Positions 50,404 to 64,000 are shown, numbered from the stretch's first letter. The stretch is DNA of 64,000 nt from Mobula birostris (GCF_030028105.1 NC_092402.1:49500329-49564328); one strand, 5' to 3'. Notes: generated by a model not told the origin, from the letters alone. A program made the numbers and translations.

Positions 50404-53036
50404 GTAGGTTTAATATTGAAACGCATTACGTGGGTTTCCAAAATAGATTTTAGCAAGAACCAACCGGGAAGACGCTTCATTAATGTGGTTGGGCCTGGCT
50501 GTCATTTTAGCTTGGGTCTTTCTTTGTCGTTGAATGTCGTTGAAAACATAGGCCATATATTTTTGAGATCTAAGAGTCAGAATACTGGAAAAAATCTGTT
50601 TAACTTTAACGAAGTTCAACTGTGAAATACTAAATATTCCGGCATCTCTGCTGGTTCTATGCATGGTAGAAGATTTGATGGGGGGGGGGGGATGGGTATT
50701 TCTAAGTTTCTACTTGTTTGACGGCCCATGAGAATTGATGTATTTTTCCTTTGTAGCTCTTTCTCAATGGGTGTCACTCTTACCTGTAGATTCTTAGTGC
50801 AGGCCCCTCGTCGAGAACACAAATCTGGGCTGACATTGGTGCTGAGGCAACCGCACATTGTCACAGGGACTATCCTTGGGATAGGGTTTTAAATCCGCCC
50901 AATTTGGTGCAGTCTTTCATTTGTTCTGTTATTTTTATTATGGATTTATTATGTCCGCAAGAAAATAAACTTCAGTGTTGTGTATGGTGAGATATGTACT
51001 TTGATAATAAATTTACTTTGAACTTTAAATCCTGTTTGCTTTTTTGGGTGGACTTAAAGGTTCCTTTATTTTGAAGAATAGGGGTGTTATAATCTCAAGT
51101 ATTGGAGCCAATATGTGCCCTTAAATTAATACTTCTAAATTTAATCTGGCAAATAGCTTCTAGTGGGAGCTTGCTGTCACCTGCTATGTTTCCTTGCATT
51201 GTAAAAGGAATTATGCAATTCTCTATTTTCCATAGCTTTTCCCAGTTCAGCTCCCCCTTGAGCAAATGCAGCAAGTTGTCAAATTTCTGTGCACATTTGC
51301 CCATTTTTGTCTATTTAATTTCCTGTTTATGTCCAGTGACTTTTCTTAAAGTGGAGATTATTTTGCACTTGGGGATTTCCTGTACCTAAAATACATAAGA
51401 TTTGAATAGATGAAAATGTCAGTTACTACATTTAAATGTGACAGAGCATTTGGATGTCCATGATTTCTTAGTATTTGTCTCTGTGGTCTTTGCAGTGGGT
51501 ATTTTATAAATGAATGGCCTGTTCTTCCTGAATCATTACAATGCTTCTTCCATTTAAGGGATTTTTCATTCTCTTGTGAGACTTAAATTAATGGCAAATT
51601 GAAGTTGTTGATTTTCCCCTAGTTTCTTGAAGCAGTTTAGAGGCACTTCACTTTGAACCCTGTCTCATTCATTTCCTGAATCTTTTTATTCTGCTTTCAG
51701 TTGTATGCTTTATTGAAGTTATTTTACTTTAAACAATTCCTTATAACTTGTTTATGCAGCAAACTAGTAACAGAGGTAGTAAGTTGGCATTGGTGAGCTT
51801 ATCTCAGGCAGTATAGCAGTGTTCAAGAATTTGGTTCAATGTCATTGTGATCAGAATTGACAACTTGGTTAGGGTTTCCACTCCTGCCTACTATCTAGTA
51901 ACCTGCCCCTAAAAAGATATGCAAGTTAGGCTGTTCAAAAGTTAAAAGATTAGTTTAAAAAGTTAAGATAAAAAGATAGGCTGTGATGCTCTCTGTTAAA
52001 TTCCTTTTCTTTTACAAATGCATTCTGGTCACTTGATCAGGAAGCACCAATTGCACAGTAGCATTACTTGGGAAAGTCAAGTCACTTTTTATTGTCATTT
52101 TGACCATAACTGCTGGTACAGTACACAGTAAAAACGAGACAATGTTTTTCAGGACCATGGTGCTACATGAAACAATACAAAAACTACACTGAGCTACGTA
52201 TAACAACAAAAACTACACTAGACTACAGACCTACCCAGGACTGCATTAAGTGCACAAAACCGTGCAGGCATTACAATAAATAATAAACAAGACAGTAGGC
52301 ACAGTAGAGGGTATAATAGGTTGGTGTCAAGCCAGGCTCTGGTTGTTGAGGAGTCTGATGGCTTGGGGGAAGAAAGTGTTACATAGTCTGGTCGTGAGAG
52401 CCCGAATGCTTTGGCGCCTTTTGCCAGATGGCAGGAGGGAGAAAAAGGGAAAACGCTAGACATGTTTTCATATTGTATTGAGGAAATGTGCGCATTATAT
52501 GGACATGTTTCTTCTCTAGAATAGTTTTCAGGTGATCACCTTTTAATAAGAAATTGTTGTAATATGGAATGATTTTTATTCCTGCTATTCAAAATGCTTT
52601 TGAGCACTTGTCTGTACCTTGCCCATTTGAACTCCTAGTCTCTGGTAGGGTTATGGTGGTTTTATGTTCAAGTATTTTCCATAGTGGATTATGACTCACA
52701 TTTTACTTTGTAATTCATGCATCATTAGTGTTTTGTTGCATAATATATACAAACACTTTCACTTTTTAAAATGTGAAAACTTCTGAAATTAACATCTTCC
52801 AGTGCTTGGCAGATGTGTGAGTGAAAGAGTCCATCCTTTGTCTGGTCTGCATACAGTCCAGTAATGCAATTTTATAGCTTTGGAGCTTGTAGGGCAAGGT
52901 ATTGTCAGATAAGAAAACTTGGTGCTCCTTTTTCTTATGCATGCCTATTCTAGTTTATAAGACTGAAAATCTGTTATCTTTTCTTGAGTTGCTTCCTATT
53001 CTATGTGCCTTTTACTTTTCATCCGCAGAGTAAACC

Positions 53037-53336
53037 ATGAATTTTAATGGTCTTGATTCTGGTCTTGGAGAATACGCGTCGCCCCTGCACCCTGGCATCA
53101 GTGCTTCCCTGGAACGCTCGATTGAGCATTCACTCGATCCCAGGCTTGACGCGGCGTTGTTGCAGAATATGGACTTGGAAGCCAGTGGGGTGCAATTAGA
53201 TGGCATGTCTGAATCTGTACATCTTCTGGAAGACATGTATTCCGAGCTGCACACAGTTGTGGCAGAAGTTGGAGTCCCTGTAACGACTGCACATTTTGAC
53301 ATTCAGGATGAAATGCTTTGGGTGGGAAGTCATGGG
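53037..53336 (+). CDS. PAN2: PAN2 poly(A) deadenylase catalytic subunit, first coding exon (exon begins 53029)
   Basis: MNFNGLDSGLGEYASPLH...MYSELHTVVAEVGVPVTTAHFDIQDEMLWVGSHG matches the vertebrate PAN2 N-terminus. Acceptor ccgcag|, donor GGG|GTAAGT. Confidence 0.96.
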
Positions 53337-55229
53337 GTAAGTACTGCTTCTGCAACTAAGAAAGATTGCTCATACCTACTTTAGAATGGAGGTTTTGGTG
53401 GTCCGTGCTAGATAAGGGGTTGCCATCTTGTGCTTCCATTGTGTAGCTGGGATGATTGCTCATCACAAGATGACAATTTGCAATGCTGTATTATTACAAA
53501 TTTGTCACCTGCTTGTTCTTGTCTGAAGCAGCAAATTTAGGTAGTTTGAGAGTCAAGAACAAGAAAAGAATGATTAGATAACATACAGTTCAGAATCAGG
53601 TTTAATATCACTGGCATATGTCAAGAAATTTGTTATGCAGCCGTACAAAGTAATACAAACAGGCTCTAGGTATTGAAGAAATGATGTATTACTTATCAGC
53701 TGTTTAGAAATTGGAATTTCCCCTTTAAGTAATTAATTGAGTTGATTACTTCCCAGTACTTGGATAGCACTTTGCCTGGTTACATCCCTAAATGTTTGAA
53801 ATGTTATTAGACATGGAAACAAAACGCTTAATCCCAGGATGCCCCAATACCGATGCACGAGTGGCTGTGTAGAGATCAAAAGTAAAGTACCTTTTTTTCC
53901 ACCCTGCCAAAAAATAATTTTCTTCCTTTTTATTAAGGAAATCCCCAAATCCCATTCAACTTCTTCCCACAGCAGCTTGTGTGTGAGATGGGGATGTTAT
54001 TGGCTCTGTTTTTCAGAAAAGGTGTTTCCTTGCATTTTCCCTTGTTTTCCCACCCTTAATCTATTTCCTGTTACCCCTATTAGTGGAAGGTTCAAGAACA
54101 ACTTCTCAAAGTTAACATGGAATATTACAACACAGTATAGGTCCTTTGGCCTGTAGTGTGCTGACCTCTTAACCTACTCTTAAGATCTGCCTGTCCGTTC
54201 CCTCTATTTTTCTGTCATTTGTGTGCCTATCTAAGATTTTCTTAAAAGTTGCTAATATATTTGCCTCTACCACCATCCTTCACACTGCCACTGCCCAGAA
54301 GACAGCAATGGCGAACTACTTCTGTAGGAAAAATTTGCCAAGAACATTCATGGTCATGAAAAGACCATGACTGGCCATGTCACATGACAAGGCACATAAT
54401 GAATGAGCGAACCACCACCCTTGGTAGCACGTACCATTGATGCACCATTCTGTGTCAAAACTTGCCTCTGACATCTCTCTACAACCCCCTCCCTATATTT
54501 TTCTCCAATTACCTCAATTGTGTCCCTTTGATTTCGTCATTTCCGCTCCAGGGGCAAAAGTCTCTAGCTATCCACTCGATCTATGTCTCTTATCTTGTAC
54601 ACCTCTATCAAGTCGTGTCTCATCTCCTTTTCTCTAAAGAGAAAACCCCTTGGCTTGCTCCACCTATCCTCGTATAACATGCTCTCTAATCCAGGCAGCA
54701 TTATGATAAGTCTGCTGTAAGCTATGACAATCTTGTACACTACCACCTCTGCTTTCTGTGGGCAAGCCAGTTCTGTATCCACACAACCAAGTTTTCTTGT
54801 ATTCCATGCCTCCTGACTGTCTGAGCAACCTACCATGAGGCCTTACCAAAATCCATATACAGTCGGCCCTCCTTATCCGCAAGGGATTGGTTCCGGGACC
54901 CCTTGCTGATACCAAAAAACATGGATGCTCAAGTCCCTTATTCAACCTGTCTAAATGCAGTGGACCTTATGACCCAGCGCAACCCCAGACTTTATTTAAC
55001 CTGTCTCAGTGCGGTGAGCAGAGCTCTGAATCCGCAACACACACAAAAGTTGCTGGTGAACGCAGCAGGCCAGGCAGCATCTATAGGAAGAGGTACAGTC
55101 GACATTTCGGGCCGAGACCCTTCGTCAGGACTAACTGAAAGAAGAGCTGGTAACAGCCCAAAACGTCGACTGTACCGTACAGTCGACGTTTTGGGCCGTT
55201 ACTAGCTCTTACTAGCTCTTCTTTCAGTT

Positions 55230-55265
55230 AGTCCTGATGAAGGGTCTCGGCCCGAAACATCGACT
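55230..55265 (+). ncRNA. Minimal hammerhead ribozyme motif (Penelope pLTR), sense to PAN2 pre-mRNA
   Basis: AGTC-CTGATGA-AGGGTCTCGGCCC-GAAA-CATC-GACT. Inverted partner at 55097-55132. Confidence 0.6.
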
Positions 55266-55847
55266 ATACCTCTTCCTATAGATGCTGCCTGGCCTGCTGC
55301 ACTCACCAGCAGCTTTTATGTGTGTTGCTTGAAATTCCAGCATCTGCAGATTTCCTCGTGTTTGCGCTTTGAATCTGCAGTGTTTCTGTTCACGAAAATA
55401 ATCACGATCACGATTTAAAATAAAGTGGAAATAATAAAGCGATCAGAAAGAGGTGAAACGTCATTGGAAAAGCGTTAGGCTACAGTCGGTCAATGATCAG
55501 AACAATTTTAAAGGATAAAATGAGAAAAGCCCTGCCCTGATTAAAGCTACAATTATTACTAAGCAACGCAGTGGTTTAATTATTGGGTTTTGGGGTTTTG
55601 GGTTTTTGATGCTTCACATCAACCCGGCAGGGATGGAGAGCACGCTCGGGAGCGATTTGTCACTGGATCGAACTCGGGAATTTCCGTTCCTGAGCCCGGC
55701 GCTGAAACATATGTTTTTTAAGTGTTTTATATGCATAGAAAGGTAAAATATGTACTATATACTAAGACAAACGTTTGACTAACTGACACTAAATAATACC
55801 GGATGTACCTGTTCTGACTTAGTAAGAGAACTTCCAGTTTTTTTTCG

Positions 55848-55998
55848 NNNNNNNNNNNNNNNNNNNNNNNNNNNNNNNNNNNNNNNNNNNNNNNNNNNNN
55901 NNNNNNNNNNNNNNNNNNNNNNNNNNNNNNNNNNNNNNNNNNNNNNNNNNNNNNNNNNNNNNNNNNNNNNNNNNNNNNNNNNNNNNNNNNNNNNNNNN
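55848..55998. other. Assembly gap (151 N)
   Basis: Run of N. Confidence 1.
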
Positions 55999-56714
55999 AG
56001 TGCTGGAAGAGCACTTCCGGGTTTTCTCGATTCGTGATTGGTTGAATTCGCGCATGCGGAACTCGCGGATAAGGAGGGCCGACTGTACACCACATCCACT
56101 GTCTACCTTCAATGTGCTTTGTCGCTTTCTCAAAGATTTCAGACAGGCTCGTATGACCTGATTTTCAAAGCCATGTTGACTATCCTAATCAAACTGTGCA
56201 TCTCCAAATGCTCATAAATCCTCTCCCTAAATCTTTCCCAATAACTTGCCCACCACTGAAATAAGGCTCACTGGTCTATAATTCCCAGGGTTATCCCTAC
56301 CTCCTCCTTTCTACAAGAAAATTTAATGTTTCTCCTAAATCAATTGCCTGTTTTATAAGGTCCCTTCAACCCATTAAGAATAACAAGAACTTCAAACAGA
56401 TCTAGGAATGTTTTGCAATTTAATAATCTATAAGCACTCAAAGCTGCATTAAGACAATTTGCATAGGATGCCTTAACCTGACTTGCCAAGGCCTTTTCAT
56501 GCTCTTTCTAGCACTCCCAAGGTGGAAATGGCCAATACAAGGGAAAGTAATTTTAAGGTGGTTGGAGGAATGTATAGGGGGAATGTCAGAAGTAAGTTGT
56601 TTTGTTTAAACAGTGGGCGGTGCTTGGACCACCCTGCCAAGGATGGTGGTAGAGGCAATTGGTTTAGGGACATTGAAGAAACAGGCACAAGGATGATAGA
56701 AAAATGGAGGGCTA

Positions 56715-58304
56715 TAGTGCCTTGAAAAAGTATTTGGCCCTCAATCTTCTGTTCACATAAATGAGTATTACAGCTGGGGGTTTTGATCAATTTAATTGAG
56801 AATTTTTTTTTTTTGTAATTCGCATGCTTTTTTCCCCCCACAATGGAGCCCCAAAAAAGGGGAAAAATAGTAAAGCATGAAAACTAAAAATTCAAAAACC
56901 AAAATATCAGTAGTTCAAGAAAGTATTCATCCACCTTTGCTCAATATTTGTTGAACCACTTCTCGCAGCTATTACAGCCAGTAGTCTTTTTGGATAAGTC
57001 TCTATTAGCTTTGCACAACATGATGGAGCAAGATTTGCCCATTCCTCCTTATAAGATTGCTCAAGCTGTGCCAGGTTAGTTGGGGAGCGGCAGCGGACAA
57101 CAAACTTGAGGTCTTGCCAGAGAAGGTCGATCAGGTTAAGGTCAGGACTCTGACTGGGCCACTCAGGGACATCAGTTTTCTTCATTTGAAGCCACACCAT
57201 GGTTGCTCTGGCAGTGTGCTTTAGGTCATTGTCCTACTGAAAGATGAACATCCTCTCCATTTTAAACTTCCTGGCACAGGCTAGCAGGTTTTTATCCAGG
57301 ATCTATCTGTATTTAGTGGCATTCATCTTCCCATCAATACTGATCAGATTTCCAGTCCCTGCTGCTGAAAAACATACCCATAGCATGATACTATCTCCAC
57401 CATACTTTACAGAAGGGATGGTGTTACCTGGCTGATATGCAGTATTAGATTTATACCACACGTACGGCTTAGTGTTGAAGCCAAGTAGTTCCACTTTAAA
57501 AGTCAGATGAGACTAGATCTTCCTTTGCGTCTTTACAGTATCTTCTAAGTGATGCTTTGCAAAGTCTTTACGAGCAAGGATGTGTTAGTTGTTTTTTTTT
57601 AAAACCAGGGCTTCATCCTTGCCACTCTCCATAAATACCCTTTTTGTGCAAGGCCTTGGAGATTGTGGAGCCATGAACTGCATCTCCAGTTGCAGTAACT
57701 GACTTCTGCAGCTCACTCAGTGTGTCTGTTGGCGTCACAGTAGCCTCTCTTACAAGTGCATTCTACTCCAGCGACTAAGTTTAGAAGGGGCGGCCTGACA
57801 AGGGAGTGTGGCTGTGGTTTCGGCTTCACGATGGTTTGCACTGAACTCCAGTATATTCAGTGGTTTTCTGCTTCTCTATTATCATTTCCATGATTTGTCT
57901 TGAATACGTTTTTGTCTTCATTTTGGTTTGGTCTGTTGAATATCTACTATACTGCTGGACCTTATAGAGAGAGGGGGTATTTATTCTCATGAATTTATTA
58001 AAAATAGGTGATCTTCCAATTTTCTACATCCACAAATTGGGTGAGTTGGTAAGGTAATACTGTATATTACACCAGAGGAACATTAGTGTAGTAATTGCAA
58101 AGGGGGTGAATACTTTTTCAGTCTCTCAATTTTGGTTTTTAATTTAATATTAAATTGTTGACAGGTTTTGGAATTTTTCTGTAGATTTTACATGATGCAT
58201 AATGTAGATTAGCTCAAAATCTGACATCAATGTATTTTAAATTTAGGAAATGGGACAGTAAACTGAAAATAGTTGTGGGGGTTGAATACTTTTTCAAGGC
58301 ACTG
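56715..58304 (-). mobile_element. Full-length but inactivated Tc1-like transposon in a PAN2 intron
   Basis: TIRs (T/C)AGTGCCTTGAAAAAGTATT, TA TSD, interrupting a CR1 3' fragment. Transposase motifs KYGGDSIMLW, DNDLKH, EWPSQSPDLNLIDLLW. Confidence 0.9.
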
Positions 58305-58554
58305 TATTTGTGAGGGAAGGGTTAGATTGATCTTGGAGTAGGTTAAAAGTTCGGCACAACATCATGAGCTGAAGGGCCTGTGCTGTGATGTTCTACGTAA
58401 ATTTGAAATTTCTAAATCTTTTAATTGTCATTGGTGTAAATAAAGTGTTTACTGCTAATCTGTTTACTGTTAGTTGATGTTTCCTTGAAGAGTGAGTGAG
58501 CACTTTATCTTCATAGATGCATAACTAAATTTAATTATTGATCTTTTTCTCTAG

Positions 58555-58724
58555 GGCCATGTAACATCTTTCTTTGGTCCTACCATGGAACGATACTCAT
58601 CCTTTCGAGTTAACTCCACAGATGATATACGTCAGATACAAACCTTAGAAAGTGGGATTCTCTTTTTGAATAAAAATAACCTGAAGTGTTTTACTCGAGG
58701 AGGCCTAATAATGTTTGATTTCGT
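58555..58724 (+). CDS. PAN2: PAN2 coding exon 2 (WD40 region)
   Basis: ctag|GHVTSFFGPTMERYSSFRVNSTDDIRQIQTLESGILFLNKNNLKCFTRGGLIMFDF(V)|GTAAGT, 170 nt. Confidence 0.96.
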
Positions 58725-59256
58725 GTAAGTTTATTTTGTATATTTGGTCTGTTATAGTTTTGAAGTGAATTCAGAGTTGAACAAGTTCATGATGGTTGTG
58801 CAGCTGCAGTCTATTACCTTTCTCCCCCTCACTCCAAGTCTTCATCCCCCTTGTGCTGGCGTTAACTAGAATATCTTGGTACTCACTTGAATATCTATTC
58901 CTGTGTGCACTTGATTGTGACATTGTCATGTGCCACCATTAATTTGGTTGCATGCCTGCAGACATCTGTTGGGGTCCAAATTAGATGGCTGCAAGACATT
59001 CCTGTCAATCTAGTATTGATGAAATTGCTATTTGTCACTACTAAAACTTGTATGAGGAATGGACATTTGGAAAATCTGAGGGAGGCTGAAATAAGGTCAG
59101 CGTCAGCAGTCCTCAGTGCATTGTATCCTAAATGAGTTGGCACCACTAAGGAGGAAGAGAAGACTTCAAGTAAATAAGTGTTGATTTTGATTTTTTTTTT
59201 GTTTAATGCCTCTGCTTGTTCAAATACTTAAACTAATGCTTTGTTTCCATGTTTAG

Positions 59257-59377
59257 TATGGATGAAGCCGAGGATCTGCACAGCCTCCTCCTCACTGACA
59301 ATAACTCAGTTCTGCTGGGGAGCCTTCAGAATCATGTCAGAGAAATAGACTTGAATGCAATACAAGAAACTGAAAAG
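59257..59377 (+). CDS. PAN2: PAN2 coding exon 3
   Basis: tttag|T MDEAEDLHSLLLTDNNSVLLGSLQNHVREIDLNAIQETEK|GTAAAG, 121 nt, frame-compatible with the previous exon. Confidence 0.96.
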
Positions 59378-59975
59378 GTAAAGTCTAAGAACAAACCTTT
59401 AAGGTATTTTCAGGTTTTAAAAAAAAATAAATGTATGTTTAAATGCTTTAAAGCTGAACTTCCTACTAATAGCCATTATGGATGAGGTATATTAGAGGAT
59501 GGAATTACCAATAGCAGGTTTCCAATTGCGGTAATGGTAAATCGTAACCCTTGTTTTAGGCACTTGGGGTCTGTCTTTGATTCAATGTTAGAAATAGTTG
59601 AGGGTCTGGTTCATGACCATCTCTAAGTGGTTTTGATTTCCTTAGTACAGATAACAGATGAGTGTGGCATGCATATAATACACATCAATTCTCATAATTT
59701 GATTTTTAAAAGATATTATTTTGTACATTTTAAACTCTAGTTAGTGTGACTTGAAATCTTCCTTGCTGTTTCTTTCTCATCTTTATTGCCATCTCCATTT
59801 TCAGCCTATCACTTTAAATGCAGTTTAAAACTGGATTCCAGAGTTTAGTGTGATTAATCCAGGTTTTGTGTCCATAGATCAAGGATTTATAAATATCTTG
59901 GATTTTTTTTTTTAACATGTTTTGAATGGCAATGATTTGTATTAATATTTGGAGTTTCATTTTTGTCTCTTTCAG

Positions 59976-60053
59976 TACATTGTTGAGGTTCCAGGTGTGA
60001 CAATTATGCGGCAGTCTAACCGCTCCTTCTTTTGTGGACATTCATCAGGAAAG
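59976..60053 (+). CDS. PAN2: PAN2 coding exon 4 (gene continues beyond the window)
   Basis: ttcag|YIVEVPGVTIMRQSNRSFFCGHSSGK|GTATTT, 78 nt. Confidence 0.95.
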
Positions 60054-61837
60054 GTATTTGTATATAAAGAAGCTTCTACTGAATATTGAATACTTTCAGA
60101 AGCTACTGAATTTAAAATAATTTGTAGCAACAGGAAAAAGACAGAAGCTTGAATATACTAATCTGTTTTCTAATTGTTGCTACTATCTTGCCATGTCTCT
60201 TTTTCCCTTCACAATCCTAAAATGTGTATAACTTGTCCATGCAGTATCTTTCAGGTAAATGTGAAGTTAGCTACTTGTATTTGGTGTTATTTTAATGATA
60301 GACTGGGAAATGTTGATTGTACAAAGAGCTGAGTGTTTCTGTATGTCAGTTCACAGAAATGCAGGTGCAGCAAGCAGCGAAGAGGCAAATGTTGCGTTGG
60401 CCTTCATTGCAAATTTTCAGTAAATCAGTAAGGATGTTTTGATACAATTATATAGGGCTCTGGTAAGGCAGTTCTGTCTCCTTGCCTAAGAAAAGATGTC
60501 ATAGAAGGAGCCTAGCAAAGGTTCACCACACTGATTCCTGCGATTGCAGGACTATGCATGAGGAGAAATTCTGTCAATTTTGCCTATATTCGCTATGGTT
60601 TAGAGGATTTGCATGAAACATACGAAATTCTGGCAGAGCTCAACAGGCTGGATGCAGGGTGGATGTGCTTGTAGGGGAAGGTTTTAGAACAAGAGGTCAC
60701 ATGATGTTTGGAGTAACATGAGGAAAACGTTCTTCACTGGTGACCCTATGGAATCTTCTCATAGAGGCCTGTGGAAGGTCACTATGCTAATAGCTCAAGG
60801 GGTCTGGGGAGAGAGTGAATTATGGTATTGTAATAAAGATCAGCAGTGATCATACATGGAATGTAGTTTTCCTTCTTACTTGCATCCATTTTCTACTTTT
60901 AATTTATAATTTGTATAACAATAAGTGAATATTGGGGAATGACTTCACTTGGGTTTGATTTAGAAATGAAACCAGTAAAAATGTTTTGCTACAACTATAC
61001 AGGGCCCTGATGAAACCACACCTGTCAGACTGTGTAGTTTTGAAAGGATCTACTTGCTGTTGAGGAATATAGAAAAGACTAACTGTAGTCTATTAAGCAA
61101 ACATTGCTTTTAAATTTAAATTCAGAGTTAATTTTTTGTTTAATTAGTTCATTACTGAAGGGAAAATGTTTGAGTAGTTAGATACTGATTGACCCACAAA
61201 GTTCTTCCAGCAATCTGTTTATGTTGTGGGAAAATAGCACAATCTGGAAAGACATTGTAATCATGCAATAGTTTTGCTATTGACAATATTGAACATTTTG
61301 GTTATTAAATAACTCCCCTGTAGACATTTTGCCTGGTTTCAGAAGAAGGAAGCAACTTTTTCAAAATATTTCTTTATTGGATCACTGGGGAAAGCCCTAA
61401 AAGGTTTCAATTCTCGCTGGATTTGATGATCAACAGCTGGGGATTACCTCTGTTATTAGTAAGGTCAGCACAAACTCTCCTCAAACAACTTTCAAATGTA
61501 TTGCACTGGAAAGTCAAAAACATTTACTGATACAAGATATAAACATGAGATTCTGCAGATGCTGGAAATCCCAAACAACACACAGAATGCTGGAGGAATT
61601 CAGCAGTTCAGGCAGCATTAATGGAAATAAACAAATAGTTGATGTTTCAGACCGAGACCCTTATTCCAGAGACTTGAGTGTAATAATCTAGAATGATTGA
61701 TTCTTCTAGTGTAGGATAAGGTACTGCCATTTACAAATGGAATATTAAACCTTGACCCCCACCCTCTTTGGTAAATGTAAGAGCTCCAGAGGCTGTGTTT
61801 GGAAGAAGTGCTGGAGAGTTCTTTCCACTGTCTCAGG

Positions 61838-62270
61838 CAATGTTCCCTCTAATTTATAATGACCAGAGTACACGAAAATGTTGTGCTGTGCAATTTTTTT
61901 GCCCAGTGACGATACGTGCGCACTGAATTTTTAAGTGGAAGTAAACCTGAAGCTATTCTAAAGATAATGAGCCATTCTGATTTAAATGAACTAGCAGTTC
62001 TTTTTGCGCTTCACACCCTTTGCTCCTTTGGAATTCAACATAGTGCATCAATAATTTCTTCACAAAAAAACAGCATAAATAAGCTAGTTCTAAAATCTGC
62101 AGACAAATCGTCACAAACTCCGCTTTGTCAACACCGTCCACATCAGAAACTAGAAAAGAAAATGTGATTGTGAATAGTAGTGAGATATACTTAACATGCC
62201 AACAAGGGTAGAGGGTGACAACCTTCTGTGCACAGTTTTAATTCCTTTGTGCGCTAGAAGCAAAAGGTAG

Positions 62271-62309
<39 letters not shown>

Positions 62310-62342
62310 CGTGCACACACCCACACCTTAGAGGGAACATTG
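61838..62342. mobile_element. Non-autonomous hAT element (same TIR family as 32405-32978), with (GT)n at ~62273-62302
   Basis: TIR CAATGTTCCCTCTAA / TTAGAGGGAACATTG, TSD GTCTCAGG/GTCTCAGC. Confidence 0.8.
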
Positions 62343-64000
62343 GTCTCAGCTCAGCATCATTTGACCTATTGAGCCTATGGTGAATTTTGTATAACAATCC
62401 AATTAGTCTCATTTCTCTACTTGTACCCCATGGTTTTGCAAATTCATTTCTCTGAATTTCCTATCCTATTTTGATCCTCTGACTGGATTTCATCAGCTAT
62501 AGGTTGTGAGTTTGGTTTATAACTGCTATCCAAATGTATTTTTTTTTTAAAAAATCCCACAGCACCTGTATCTTTCCCATTGCTTTGAAACATCTATGTG
62601 AGTTCTCAAACCATCTGGCAACAGGAATAGCTTCCCTTTATTTACTCCTTCTAAATACAACATGATCTTGTACAAAAACAACACGGAGAATGTTCAGCAG
62701 GTCAGGCGGCATCTTTGGGGGGAAAAGAAATGCTGAATATTTAAGTTCTTGGATTCTTTGTTATAACTGAAAACAATTTTTTTTGTTTCAGATCTTCAAC
62801 ATCAGTTTTTGACTTCAATTACATTGTACAACTCTTGAATTTTTGATTTAATGTGCTGTTTTGCAAGAAACTCTAGTTTCTCTGATCTTATGATTGAAAT
62901 GCCTCCTTTAACTATTCTGATCAAACCTGAAATAAAACAATACTGGAAATACACAGTGCATTGCGCAGCACCTTTTCTGCTCCATCCCATGGCCCGCTCC
63001 CTCTCTCCTGTATCCTTGTAGCTCTAGTTCTGGCAATGCCCTGGTGAACCTCTTCTACACCCTCCCCAAAGTTTCCACACCCTTCATAGTGGAAGATGAG
63101 AAGTGCTCCAAAAATGGTCGTGCTACAGAATGACTTGCCAATTTTTATTGTCAGTGCCCAGGCTGGGGATGGCAACTAATGCACCCACAAGTAATGCACT
63201 TGCACCTGAAAATCCCTTGTCATGCTCCTAAGAGTCCTGCTGTTTACTGATACTTGACTCTTGCATTTGACCTCCAAACTACATTCCCTTACACTTCTGA
63301 TGAAATCTCATCTGATATTTCTTTGCCCAAGTTTGCAACTGATCAATGTCTTGCTGTATCCTTTCACAACCATGCATTCTCACCTTCTTCATCAACCCAT
63401 GCCAAACCTTGCAGAAACTTTTTTTTTGGAAACCAGGTTTTTTTCACCCCCATCTACTCTACCATACTCCTCCTCAACAAACTCCAGAGGATTAGTCAAG
63501 CATGTTTCCCTTTTCAGATGAAGGGTCTTGACCTGAAATGTTGACTGTCTTGTTTCCCCCATGGATGCTGCCATCCATAGGATCTTCTGTTCCTCCAGCA
63601 TTTTGTGTATTGTTCCATGTTTTTTGTTGTCTGCAAATTTGCTACTTGGGCCACCTGCATTTTCATCTACATCGTTCATGTGTATTAAAACAAGAAGTCT
63701 CAGCATCGATCACTACAGCACACAGCTGATCGCAGACCTCCAATCCGTAAAGCATCCCTCAACCACTACCCTTTGTCTTTTATGGCCAGGCCACTTTCGG
63801 ATTCAGTTTATCAGCTCTCTGAGTCCCATGAAACTTGATCCCCTGGACCAGCCTAGAATGAGGGGTCTTGTCAAATTTAAGTTTGTTAAATTATTTGTCA
63901 TGTTTGTAATGTACTGTGCTGCTAGTGCAAAAAGTTAATTTTCATGGCATCTATACCCTGTGTACATATTCTTATGACAATAAACTTGAAATAGAACTTG

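Larger units (their letters stand above)
54860..56085. mobile_element. Tigger/pogo-like non-autonomous DNA transposon in a PAN2 intron
   Basis: Perfect TIR CAGTCGGCCCTCCTTATCCGC / GCGGATAAGGAGGGCCGACTG, flanked by TA. Contains a nested pLTR palindrome and the N gap. Confidence 0.85.

Noticed and set aside
55727-56133. ORFs containing X runs
   Set aside because: Artefacts of the N gap.
1-64000. CRISPR array or prokaryotic defence system
   Set aside because: No regularly spaced repeat-spacer array. The sequence is intron-containing vertebrate DNA, and the recurring repeats are dispersed retroelement ends.

Overview
Vertebrate genomic DNA, very likely from a cartilaginous fish (shark or ray), inferred from the repeat complement (CR1, Rex1/Babar-like, RTE, Penelope, HE1/V-SINE-like, Tc1, hAT, Harbinger) and from gene divergence. 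Two host genes are supported. The first is a complete four-exon IL23A (IL-23 p19) cytokine gene on the minus strand (CDS 13409-8193, 203 aa, all phase-0 GT-AG introns) with a TATA box, an NF-kB site and an AU-rich 3' UTR. The second is the promoter and first four coding exons of PAN2 on the plus strand (from about 50.2 kb). The two are head-to-head, as in mammals. The ~36 kb between them is not just repeats: non-repetitive islands on the minus strand from about 37.8 kb to 14.6 kb translate into stop-ridden peptides. By my recall of the mammalian protein, these are colinear with a very large inducible GTPase (GVIN1/VLIG, URGCP family), so this looks like a decayed, probably intronless immune GTPase gene broken up by transposon insertions. 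The abundant Penelope-type terminal repeats carry minimal hammerhead ribozyme motifs, often as inverted pairs. There is one 151-N assembly gap. All homology calls were made by eye, with no database search.
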